From Saccharopolyspora erythraea (GTDB lineage Bacteria; Actinomycetota; Actinomycetes; Mycobacteriales; Pseudonocardiaceae), in NCBI RefSeq assembly GCF_018141105.1, contig NZ_CP054839.1:5489411-5521410 (forward strand): a stretch of DNA of 32,000 bases. Reading direction: 5' to 3'. Below, piece by piece: positions 7,857-19,800 of this stretch. Every line of letters begins with the position of its first letter. Positions within the stretch are counted from its first letter, which is position 1. The notes under the pieces were generated by a model that worked only from the letters and a program-made list of their open reading frames with translations, searched no databases and was not told the DNA's origin. The translations under genes were made by a program, and so were the position numbers.

Positions 7857-10800
7857 TCATGCCTCCTGGTCCGCGGCCATCCGTTCTTGCAGGTGCTCGG
7901 CGAGCATCTGCGGGGTGGGGTACTCGAAGAGCAGCGCGGTCGGCAGCCGCAGCCCGGTGTGCCCGGACAGCCGGTTGCGCAGCTCGACGGCGTTGAGCGA
8001 GGTGAAACCGACCTCGAAGAACGCGTCTTCGTCGGCCAGGCCGCTCTCCAGGTTGCCCAGCGTCGTGGCGGCTTCGGACCGGACCAGCTCCAGTAGCGCC
8101 GCGAAGCGCTCCGGTTCGGCCAGGGCGTACCAGCGTTCGCGGAACGACGGTTCGCCGTCCTGCTCTCCTTCCGCCGCCGGGACGGCGATCCGCTCGCGGA
8201 CCTCGGACTCGGCGGTGCTCGACACCTCGGGCCAGTAGCGCCGGTGCTGGAACGCGTAGGTGGGCAGATCGACCCGGCGCGCACCGGTTCCGGCGAACAC
8301 CTCCGGCCAGTCGACGCTCGCGCCTCGCGCGTACATGGTGGACAGGGCCGTGAGCACCGTCGGCACCGCGGGGCGGTCCCGGCGCATGGTGGCCACGCAC
8401 TCGGCGTCCTGGCCCAGCTCGGCCAGCGACTCGGCGGCCATCGGCGTCAACGCGGCGTCCGGGCCCAGCTCGACGAAGGTCCGCACGCCCTGGTTCCACA
8501 ACGTGCGCACGGCGTCGTGGAACCGCACCGGCCTGCGCACGTGCTGCACCCAGTACTCCGGCGACGCCAGCTCCTCGGCGGACAGGACCTTGCCGCTGAC
8601 GTTGGACAGCACCGCGATGCGCGGCCGGTGGTAGGTCAGGCTCGCCGCCACCGCGCCGAACTCGTCGAGCATCGCGTCCATCCGCGGGGAGTGGAACGCG
8701 TGCCCCACCCGCAGCCGCCGGGTCTTCCACCCGCGGCTCGCGCACTCCTCGGCGACCGCTGCCACCACGTCCTCGTCGCCGGAGACGACGACCGAGGTGG
8801 GGCTGTTCACCGCCGCGATGTCGACCTGTCGCTCCCGGCCGGCCAGCAGCTCGGCGACGTCCTCCTCGCCGGCCTGGACCGCGGTCATCGCACCGCCTTC
8901 GGGCAGCGCCTGGATCAACCGGCCGCGACCGGCGACCAGCCGGGCGGCGTCCTCCAGCGACAGGACGCCGGCCACGTGCGCCGCGACGATCTCCCCGAGC
9001 GAGTGCCCGGCGACGAAGTCCGGTCGCACGCCCCACGACTCCACCAGCCGGTACAGCGCGGTCTCGACCGCGAAGAGGGCCGGCTGGGTGTAGGCCGTCA
9101 GGTCGAGCAGGCCGGGGTCGGTGGCGCCCGCGACGACTTCCCGCAACGGCCGCTCCAGGTGCGGGTCCAGCGCGGCGCAGACCTCGTCGAAGGCCTTCGC
9201 GTAGGCCGGGAAGCGGGCGTGCAGCTCCTCGCCCATCCCGATCCGCTGACTTCCCTGGCCGGTGAACAGCAACGCCAGACCGCCGCCGGCCACTCCCCGC
9301 ACCAGCTCGCCACCGGGCTCACCGTCGCGCAGCGCGGCCAGCCCGTCCAGCAGCTCACCGCGGTCACTCGCCAGGACCACCGCGCGGCGTTCCAGCCCCG
9401 CCCTGGAGGTGGCCTGCGAGAAGGCCAGGTCGACCAGGTCCGCGTCCGGCTCGTCGGCCAGGTGCCGGGCGAGCTTGTCGGCCTGACCGCGCAGGCCGGC
9501 CGCCGACCTGGCCGACAGCGGCACCGGGACAGGCGTGCTCACCTCGGTGCGCTCACCGCCTCGGACCTGTGCGCCGGCGGGGGCTTCCTCCAGGACGACG
9601 TGGGCGTTGGTACCGCTGATGCCGAAGGAGGAGACCCCTGCGCGACGCGGCCGGTCACCGGCCTCCCAGGGCCGGGGCTCGGTCAGCAGCGACATCCCGC
9701 CGGAGGACCAGTCGACGTGCGGTGACGGCTCGTCCACGTGCAGCGTCCTGGGCAGCAGGCCGTGGCGCATCGCCTGCACCACCTTGATCACACCCGCCAC
9801 CCCCGCGGCCGCCTGGGAATGGCCGATGTTGGACTTGACCGACCCCAGCCACACCGGCCGGTCGTCGTCCCGGTCGCGGCCGTAGGTGGCCAGCAGCGCG
9901 TCGGCCTCGATCGGATCGCCCAGTCGCGTACCGGTCCCGTGCGCCTCCACCACGTCGACGTCCGAAGTGGACAGACCGGCGTCGGACAGCGCCTGCCGGA
10001 TCACGTCCTGCTGCGCGGGTCCGTTGGGTGCGGTGAGGCCGTTGGACGCGCCGTCGTGGTTGACCGCCGAGCCGCGCAGCACGGCCAGCACCTCGTGGCC
10101 GTTGCGCCGCGCGTCCGACAGCCGCTCCAACAGGAGCAGGCCCGCGCCCTCCGACCACGCCGTTCCGTCGGCGCCCGCCGCGAAGGCCTTGCACTTGCCG
10201 TCGGGCGCCAGGCCCCGATGCCGGGAGAACTCGACGTAGTTGTCGAGGGTGGCCATCAGGGTCGCGCCGCCCGCGACCGCCAGCTCGCACTCCCCGCGCC
10301 GCAGCGAGTGCATCGCCAGGTGCAGCGCCACCAGCGAGGACGAGCACGCGGTGTCCACCGTGAGGGCGGGGCCCCGCAGGCCGAGGGTGTAGGCGATCCG
10401 GCCGGAGGCGACGCTGCCCGCCGTCCCGGTCATCAGGTGTCCTTCGAGCTCGGCGGGCGGATGCACGAACAGCTTGGTGTAGTCGTGGTTGATCACGCCG
10501 GTGAACACCCCGACCCCGGCACCGCGCAGCGCGGTCGGGTCGATGCCCGCGCGCTCGAAGGTCTCCCACGCGACCTCCAGCAGCAGCCGCTGCTGCGGGT
10601 CCATCGCCACCGCTTCCCTCGGCGAGATGCCGAAGAACTCGGCGTCGAACGCCGCGGCGTCCAGGAACGCGCCCCGCCGGACGTAGAAGCTCCCCGGGGT
10701 GTCCGGGTCCGGGTCGAAGGCGTCCTGGTTCCACCCCCTGTCCTCCGGCAGGTCGGTCATGACGTCCACTTCGTCGCGCAGCAGCCGCCAGAACTCCTCG

Positions 10801-13800
10801 GGCCCGCCTGCCGCGCCGGGGAACCGGCAGCCGATGGACACGATCGCGATCGGGTCGTCGGAGATCGCGCCGCCGGTCACCGCCGTGGCGACCGGTGCCT
10901 TCTCCACCTCGATGTCCTCGCCGACGACCTGGACGCGAATGTGCTCGGCGAGCACCGCCGGGGTCGGGTAGTCGAAGACCACGGTGGTCGACAGGCGCAG
11001 CTTCGTGGCGTCGTTGAGGCGGTTGCGGACCTCGACCGCGGTGAGCGAGTCGAACCCGGCCTCCTTGAACGGGCGGTTCGGGTCGATCGCGTCGGAGGTG
11101 GCGTGCCCGAGCACCGCCGCGGCCTCCTTGCAGACCAGCTCCAGCAGCATCCTGGTCTGCTCGGCCCCGGGGGCGTTCGCCAGCCGTCCGGCCAGGTCCG
11201 ACCCGGTCGCGGCCCGGCCGGCGACGCGCCGCCCCGGGCGGACCAGGCCCCGCAGCAACGGCGGCACCGGCTCCGACGACGCCCGCGCGCGCAGTGCCGG
11301 GAGGTCGAGCGAGACGGGCACGAGCGCGGCGTGGCCGGCATCCAGCCCGGCGTCGAGCAGGTCCATCCCGGTCTCGGTGGGCATCGGCTGGAGCCCGTTG
11401 CGCCGGTGCCGCGCGGCGGCGGTGTCGTCGAGCGCCGCCGTCAGGGCGCTCGTCTGCGCCCACCAACCCCACGCCAGCGACACCGCGGGCAGTCCGGCCG
11501 CCCTGCGCCGCTGCGCGAGGCCGTCCATGAAGGCGTTGGCCGCGGCGTAGTTGCCCTGCCCCGGGTTGCCGAACACCCCGGCCGCCGACGAGAACAGCAC
11601 GAACCAGGCCAGGTCCAGGTCAGCGGTGAGCTCGTGCAGGTTCAGCGCGGCGTCGACCTTCGGGCGGAAGACCGTGGCGATCCGCCCCTCGTCGAGCGCG
11701 GAGATCACCCCGTCGTCGAGCGCGCCCGCCGTGTGGACCACACCGGTGAGCGGGTGGTCCGGCGGCACCGCCGCCAGCAGCCGGGCCAGCGACTCGCGGT
11801 CGGCGACGTCGCAGGACTCGACCGAGACCCGGGCGCCGAGCCGGGTGAGCTCCTCCGCCAGCTCGGGGGCGCCGGGAGCGTCCATCCCCTGCCTGCCACA
11901 GAGGATGAGGCTCCGCACGCCGTGCTCGGTGACCAGGTGCCGCGCGGTTTCGGCGCCCAGCGTGCCGGTGCCGCCGGTGACCAGGACGGTGCCGCCTGGC
12001 TGCGGCGCGCGGGGCACGGTCAGCACGACCTTGCCGACGTGGCGGGCCTGGCTGATGTGGCGGAACGCCTCCGGTGCCCGCCGGACGTCCCAGACGCTCA
12101 GCGGCGACGGCGTGATCGCACCCGACTCGAACAGCTCCACGAGGTCGGCCAGCATCTGACCGGTCCGGTCCGGTCCCGCCTCGTAGAGCGCGTAGGCCTG
12201 ATACCGGACACCCGGGTGGGCTTCGGCGACCTGCCCGGCGTCGCGGGTCTCGGTCCTGCCGAGCTCCAGGAAGTGCCCGCCGCGGGGCAGCAGCGACAGC
12301 GACGTTTCGGCGAGCTCGCCGGTCAGCGAGTTCAGCACCACGTCCACCCCGCGACCACCGGTGCGTTCCCGGAACAGCTCGCCGAACTCCGCGGTGCGGG
12401 AGGAGGCGATGTGGTCGTCGGTCAGGCCGAGGGACCGCAGCGCGTCCCACTTGCCGGGGCTGGCGGTGCCGAACACCTCGGCGCCCCAGTGGCGCGCGAG
12501 CTGGGTGGCGGCCATGCCCACGCCGCCGGCGGCCGCGTGCACCAGCACGGACTGGCCCGCGCTCAGCCCGGCGAGGTCGCGCAGGCCGTAGTAAGCGGTG
12601 AGGAACACGACGGGCACCGAAGCCGCCTGCTCGAACGACCAGCCCCACGGGATGCGGGCCAGCAGGCGGCGGTCGGTCACCGCCTCGGTCGCGAAGGCGC
12701 CGTAGTCGCCGACCACACCCATGACCCGGTCGCCGGGAGCCAGGTCGGTCACGGCGTCGCCGACCTCCAGCACGACACCGGCGGCCTCACCGCCCAGGCC
12801 GTGCCGTACCCCGAGCATGTCCAGCGTGATCAGCACGTCCTTGAAGTTGACGCCCGCCGCGCGCACGGCGAGGCGGACCTCGCCGGGTGCCAGCGGCGCC
12901 GGGTCCTCCGGCAGTGCGACGAGCGCGAGGTCGGCCAGCGAGTCGCCGCCGTCGGCGACCTCCAGCCGCCAGGAGCGGCCGGGCGCCGCCAGTTCATCGG
13001 AGTGGCCGGCCAGCCTCGGCGCGTGGAAGTTCCCGTCGCGCAGCGCGAGCTGGGGCTCGTCGGCGGGCAGCGGCGGCAAGTGGCCGTCGAGGCGGTCGGC
13101 GTCGACGATCGTGATGCGCCCGGGGTTCTCCGACTGCGCCGAGCGCACCAGACCCCACACGGCCGCCGCGGCCAGGTCGCGGACCTCGTCGGCGTGGTGG
13201 ACCGGCACCGCGCCCCGGGTCAGCAGGACCAGGTGGCCGGACTCCAGCACCGGTTCGGCGAGCCACCGCTGGACCAGTTCCAGCACGCCGGCCGCGACCG
13301 CCCGCACCCGTGCGGGGTCGGTGTCGTCGGCTTCGGGCTCCACCCTCGCCAGCACCACCCCGGGTACCGGGCTTCCGGCGTCCAGTGCCCGGACGAGCGC
13401 GTCCACGCTCTCGTGCTCCGGCAGCTCCGCGGGCCCCCAACCCGTGCCCAGCACTGCCGAAGGGGTGGCCGCGTCCCCGTCTGCCTGCGGGACCGGTGTC
13501 CACGCCGTCCGGTACATCGGAGCGCGTTGCGCGCTCCTGCCGGCGGCGAGCTTCTCGTCCGGAGCCGGGCGCAGGACCAACGACTCGATGGACGCCACGG
13601 GATGTCCCAGCGGATCGGCAAGGCTGACCGAGATCTCGTCCGGACCCGAGGCCACCGCGCGCACCCGCAGCTGCGAGGCGCCCGAGGCGTGCAGCCGGAC
13701 ACCGCGGAAAGCGAACGGCAACCGCAGCTCGCCCGCCGCGTCGTGGCGCAGCTTCACCGAGTGCAGCGCGGCGTCCAGCAGTGCCGGGTGCAGACCGAAC

Positions 13801-16800
13801 CGCTGCGCCTCGGCCGCGTGGGCGTCCGCGAGCGACACTTCGGCGAAGAACTCCTCGCCGCGCGCCCACGCCGCGCGCACGCCCTGGAACGCCGGGCCGT
13901 ACCCGTAGCCCGCGGCCGCCTGGTTCTCGTAGAAGCCGGTCACGTCCACGGGTTCGGCGCCCTGCGGAGGCCACTGCTCGAAGTTCGCGTGCGGGGCCTC
14001 GCCGGTGGCCGCGAGGAACCCGGTGGCGTGGCGGGTCCACGCCTCGGACGGGCCGTCGTCGGCCCGGGAGTGGATCGCAACCTGCCTGCGTCCCCCGTCA
14101 TCGACCCCGGAGACGCTCACCTGCAACCGCACGCCGCCGGTGGCGGGCAGGAGCAGCGGCTGCTCGATGACCAGTTCTTCGACGACGCCGTGGCCGACCT
14201 GGTCGCCGGCGCGGACGGCCAGCTCCACCAGCGCGGCACCGGGCACGATCGGCGTGCCCGAGACCGCGTGGTCGGCCAGCCACGGATGTGTTCGCAGCGA
14301 GAGCCGTCCGGTGCACAGCACGCCGCCGGACTCCGGCAGCGCCACGACTGCACCGACGAGGGGGTGGTCGGCTTCCTCCAGACCGGCCGTGCTCACGTCA
14401 CCGGTCTGTTCGGAGGCTTCCAGCCAGTAGCGGCGGTGCTGGAACGCCTGGGTCGGCAGCTCCACGCGACGGGCGCCGGTGCCCTCGAACACGGCGGTCC
14501 AGTCGATCGGCACACCCGCGACCCACAGCCGGGTCAGCGAGGCCAGGAAGCGGTCGAGTCCGCCGTCGTCGCGGCGCAGCGACCCGGTGACCACGGTGGT
14601 CACCGGCTGCTCCCGCCGGTCCAGGCCATCCTGCACGCTGGTGGTCAGCACCGGGTGCGAGCTGGACTCGACGAACGCCCGGTAGCCCTGTTCGGCCAGG
14701 GCGTCGACCGCCGCCCCGAAACCCACCGTCCGGCGCAGGTTGCGGTACCAGTACTCGCCGTCGAGCGCCGCGGTGTCCAGCCACTGCCCGTCGACCGTGG
14801 AGAAGAAGGGCACCTCCGCGGTGTGCGGCCGCACGTCGGCCAGCACCTCCAGCAGCTCCTCGCGGATGCGCTCCACGTGCGAGCTGTGGGAGGCGTAGTC
14901 CACCGGAATCCGCCTGGCGCGGACGTCCTCGGCCTCGCACTCGGCGAGCAGCTCCTCCAGCGCGCCGGGCTCGCCCGCCACCACGACCGAGGTGGGCCCG
15001 TTGACCGCGGCCACCTCCAGACCGGGGCGCAGCCGGTCGGTGACCCGGTCCAGCGGCAACGACACCGACATCATGCCGCCGTGGCCCGCGAGGCCTCGCC
15101 GGATCGCCTGGCTGCGCAGGGCGACGACCTTCGCGGCGTCCTCAATGGACAGCGCCCCGGCCACGCACGCCGCGGCGATCTCGCCCTGCGAGTGACCCAC
15201 GACGGCATCCGGCGTGATCCCGTACGAGCGCCACAGCTCGGCGAGCGAGACCATCACGGCGAACGAGACCGGCTGCACGACGTCCACCCGTTCCAGCGAG
15301 GGAGCCCCTTCCCGCTGCCGCAGCACGTCCCGCAGGGACCAGTCGACGTGGGGTTGCAGCGCCCGCTCGCACTCGGCGATCCGCGCCGCGAAAACCGGGG
15401 ACGAGTCCAGCAGCGCGGCCCCCATGCCCGCCCACTGCGCTCCCTGTCCCGGGAAGACCATGGCCAGCTTGCCCTCGACGCCCGCGGAGTCCGCCACGAC
15501 CTCCTGCGGCCGCTCACCGGCGGCGAACGCGTTCAGCGCCGCGACCGCGTCGGCCGGGTCGCCTGCCACGACCGCCGCCCGGTGCTCCAGCGCCGCGCGC
15601 GTGGTGACCGAGGAGAACCCGACGTCCGCGGGCCGGTGGCCGGGACGATCCGCCAGGAACGAAGCCCACCGGCCGGCCTGCGCCCGCAGCCCGTCGGCCG
15701 ACCGCGCCGACAGCACCCACGGCACCGGGGCGGTGCTCCCGGCCTCCTCGGGGGCCGCGTCCGGCTCGCCGGCGTGCTCCAGGATCACGTGCGCGTTCGT
15801 CCCGCTCACGCCGAACGAGGACACGGCCGCACGACGGGGGCGGTCCAGCTCCGGCCACGGCCGGGCCTCCCGCAGCAGCTTGACCGACCCGGACGACCAG
15901 TCGATCCGGGAGGACGGCTCGTCCACGTGCAGGGTCCTGGGCAGCACGCCGTGCCGCATCGCCTGAACCGCCTTGATCACACCGGCGACGCCCGCGGCGG
16001 CCTGGGCGTGACCGATGTTGGATTTCAGGGAGCCCAGCCACAACGGCTGGCCGGCGGGACGGCCCTGGCCGTAGGTGGCCAGCAGCGCCTGCGCCTCGAT
16101 CGGGTCACCCAGCCTGGTGCCCGTTCCGTGCGCCTCGACCGCGTCGACCTCCGCGGCCGACAGCCCGGCGCTCGCCAGCGCGCGCCGGATCACCCGTTCC
16201 TGCGCGGGACCGCTCGGCGCGGTCAGGCCGTTCGACGCTCCGTCCTGGTTGACCGCCGAGCCGCGCACCACTGCGAGCACCTGGTGTCCGTTGCGCCGGG
16301 CCTGCGACAGCCGCTCCAGCACCAGCACGCCAACGCCCTCGGCCCAAGCCGTGCCGTCGGCCGCCTCGGCGAAGGCCTTGCACCTGCCGTCCGGGGCCAG
16401 GGCGCGCTGCCGGGAGAACTCCACGAACGACGTGGGCTTCGCCATGACCGCGACGCCGCCGGCCAGCGCCAGCTCGCACTCGCCGTCGCGCAGCGCCTGC
16501 GCGGCCACGTGCAGCGCCACCAGCGAGGACGAGCACGCGGTGTCCACCGTCACCGCGGGGCCTTCCAGACCGAGCGTGTAGGAGACGCGGCCGGAGGCGA
16601 CGCTGCCGGAGTTCCCGGTGCCCAGGTAGCCTTCCAGGCCCTCCGGGACGCGGCCGAGATCGCTGGCGTAGTCGTGGTACATGACGCCGGAGAAGACCCC
16701 GACATCGGCGCCGCGCAACGAGTCCGGGGCGATCGCGGCGCGTTCGAGGACCTCCCACGAGACCTCCAGCAGCAGCCGCTGCTGGGGGTCCATCGCCTCC

Positions 16801-19800
16801 GCCTCGCGGGGCGAGATGCCGAAGAACTCGGGGTCGAAACCGGCCACGTCGTCGAGGAACCCGCCGTGGCGCACGTAGGACTTGCCCGCCCGGCCCGGAT
16901 CGGGGTCGAACAGCTCCTCCAGGTTCCAGCCCCGGTCGCCGGGGAAGTCGCCGACCGCGTCGCCCTCACCGGCCACGAGGTCCCAGAGCTCCTCGGGAGA
17001 GGACACCCCGCCCGGCAGGCGGCAGCCCATGGCGACGATGGCGATCGGTTCGTCGGAGTGCGACACCACCCGCGCATCCGCGGCTGCATTCGAAGGTTCC
17101 CCGCCGAACAGCAGCGAACGCAGGTGCCGGCCCACCCTGGCCGGCGTGGGGTGGTCGAACGCCAGCGTCAGCGGCAGGTCGAGACCGGTGCTCGCGGTCA
17201 GCCGGTTGCGCAGCTGCACGGCGGTGGCCGAGTCGAGGCCGAGGTCGCGGAAGGCGCGGTCGGAGGGGACGGTCGCGCCGTCGGGCATGGCGTAGAGCCG
17301 GGCGACCTCGCCGCGCACGAGCTCCACCAGCGTCCGGCCCTGCTCCTCGCGCGACAACGGCGCGAGCCGCTCGCGCAGTTCGGACGCCGTGCCGTCGTCG
17401 GGCGCATCGACCTGGACCGGCACGTCGATCAGGTCCCGCAGCGCCGGAGGGAGGGACCCGGACCCGACCGCGGTCGAGTCCAGCCGCAACGCGAGCACCG
17501 ACGTGCGGTCGGCGAGGTGCGCGGCGTCGAACATCGCCGCGTGCTCCCGGCCGGTGAGCCTGCCCAGGCCGGCGGGCACGGACCAGTCCTCGTGCTCGCC
17601 CGGTCCGAGGACCACCGAGAGCGCGGGCAGTCCGCGTGCCGCGCGATGCCGCGCGACGGCGTCGAGGAAGACGCCGGCAGCCGCGTCGTCGGCGCTGCCG
17701 GCTCCGCCGAGCGTCCCGGCGGCCGAGGAAAGCAGCACGAACGCCTTGAGACCGGTTTCCAGGGCCAGCTCGTGGAGGTTGAGCGCACCGTCCATGGTGG
17801 ACAGCGCTTCCCGTCCGGCACCCGCGGCGAACACCACCGCGGCCGGCCGGTGCCCGGCCAGCAGTCCCGCCAGCGCATCCCGGTCGGCCACGTCGCAGGC
17901 GGCCAGCGCGACCGACGCACCGGCGGCGGTCAGCTCCGCGTGCAGCTCCCGGGCCGCGAGGTCGGCGTCCCCGCCGCGGCTCACCAGGAGGAACCGGCGA
18001 ACGCCGTGCACGGCGGCCAGGTGCCGCGCCACCGTCGCGGCCACCGCGCCGTCGGCACCGGCGACCAGCGCGGTGTCCCGCGAGGTGAGCTGCAACGGGC
18101 GTCGTGCGCCTCCGGTCGCGGCCACCCGGTTGGCGCGGGGCCGCAGCGCCACCCCGGATCGCAGCAGGAGCTCGGGTTCGCCCGAGGAGACGGCATCGGC
18201 CAGTGCCGCCGCCGAACCGGCGGCGGGTTCGAGGTCCACCAGGACGACACGTCCCGGGTGGGCTGCCCGCAGGGCGCGGACCGCGCCCCACACCGGCGCC
18301 GCGACCAGGTCGGGCACCTCGTCGTCCGGCCCGGCGGCCACCGCCGCCCGGGTCACCACGACCAGGGTGCCCGCCGAGAAGCGCTCGTCGCCGAGCCAGG
18401 ACTCCGCCTGCTCGGTGACCACCCGGACGCGGTCGCGCGCCTCCTCAGCCGGCGACGCGGCTCCGCCGGCGGCCGTGCCCGCCACCTGGAGCACGGTGAC
18501 CTCCGGGGCGGACTCCGCCGAGTCCACCGACTCGGCGAGCTCGTCGGTGTCCGAGTACCGGTCGACGGATCTCCCCTGCGAAGCGAGGGAGTCGGCCACC
18601 CCGAAGACGTCCGGGCCGACGACGGCCCACTGCTGGGCCGCGGCCCTTGCCTGCGGGACGGTCGGCAGCGGGAGCCAGTCGAGCTGGAAGAGCAGTTCGT
18701 GCCGCGCGCCGCCTGCGGCCCTGAGCCTGGCGGGCCGGTCGAGCAGCACGTGGCGGGTGATCTTGCCCGACGCCGTCCGCGGGATCCGGTCGATCTCGTA
18801 GAGCTCCTCGGGCACCTTGATGTAGGAGAGCTGCTCCCTGCACACCGCCAGCAGGTGCTCGGGGTCCAGCCCCTCGGGCCCCGGGACCAGGAACGCCACC
18901 GGGACCTCGCCCAGCACCTCGTGCGGCTTGCCGACCACGGCCGCGTCGGCCACGCCCGGTACCGACCGCAGCACGGCTTCGACGTCACCGGGGTGGATGT
19001 TCTCCCCGCCGCGGATGATCAGTTCCTTGATTCGGCCGCTGATCGTGAAGTAGCCGCTCTCGTCGCGCCGCGCGAGGTCGCCGGTGCGGTACCAGCCGTC
19101 GTGGAAGACCGCGGCGGTGGCCTCGGGCTGGTCGTGGTACCCGGCCATGACGCTCGGGCCCTGGACCCAGACCTCGCCTTCCTCGCCGGTGGCGACGTCG
19201 ACCAGGGTCTCCGGATCCACCAGCCGGACGCCGAGACCCGGAACCGGCAGTCCGCACGAGCCCTCGACCCGCGCACCGGTCGGCCAGTTGATGGTGATCG
19301 ACCCGCAGGTCTCGGTGCTGCCGTAGGCATCCAGCAGCGGGGCGCCGAATGCCTGCTCGAACGAGCGCCGCAGCGCCGCGGTGGTGATCGCCCCGCCCAC
19401 CAGGCACATCCGCAGGTCCGGCAGCGAGAGCCGCTGCTCGCCCGCCGCGCGCACCAGGTGGTGGTACATCGTCGGCACCCCGGCCAGGAACGTGGTGGAG
19501 TCCTCGCGCAGCGCGTTGAGGACCTCGTCGGCCGAGAAGCCGTCGAGCACCCGCGCGGTGGCCCCCACCGCGGTCACGCCCAGCACGCACGCGATGTGGG
19601 AAAGGCTGTGGAACAGCGGCAGCGGCCAGAGCACACTGTCCTCTTCGGACAGTCCGGGGATCGGCACGTAGCAGGCCGCGACCGACCACAGGCAGTTGCG
19701 CTGCGAGGACAGCACGCCCTTGGGCCTGCCGGTGGTCCCCGACGTGTAGAGCATCCAGGCCGGAGCGTCGAGGGGCAGGTCGTCCCGGGCGGGAGTCGCC

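Noticed and set aside
9655-11472. 605-aa minus-strand ORF and similar frames nested within the PKS
   Set aside because: Alternative-frame translations of the PKS; arginine/alanine/glycine-biased with no independent homology.
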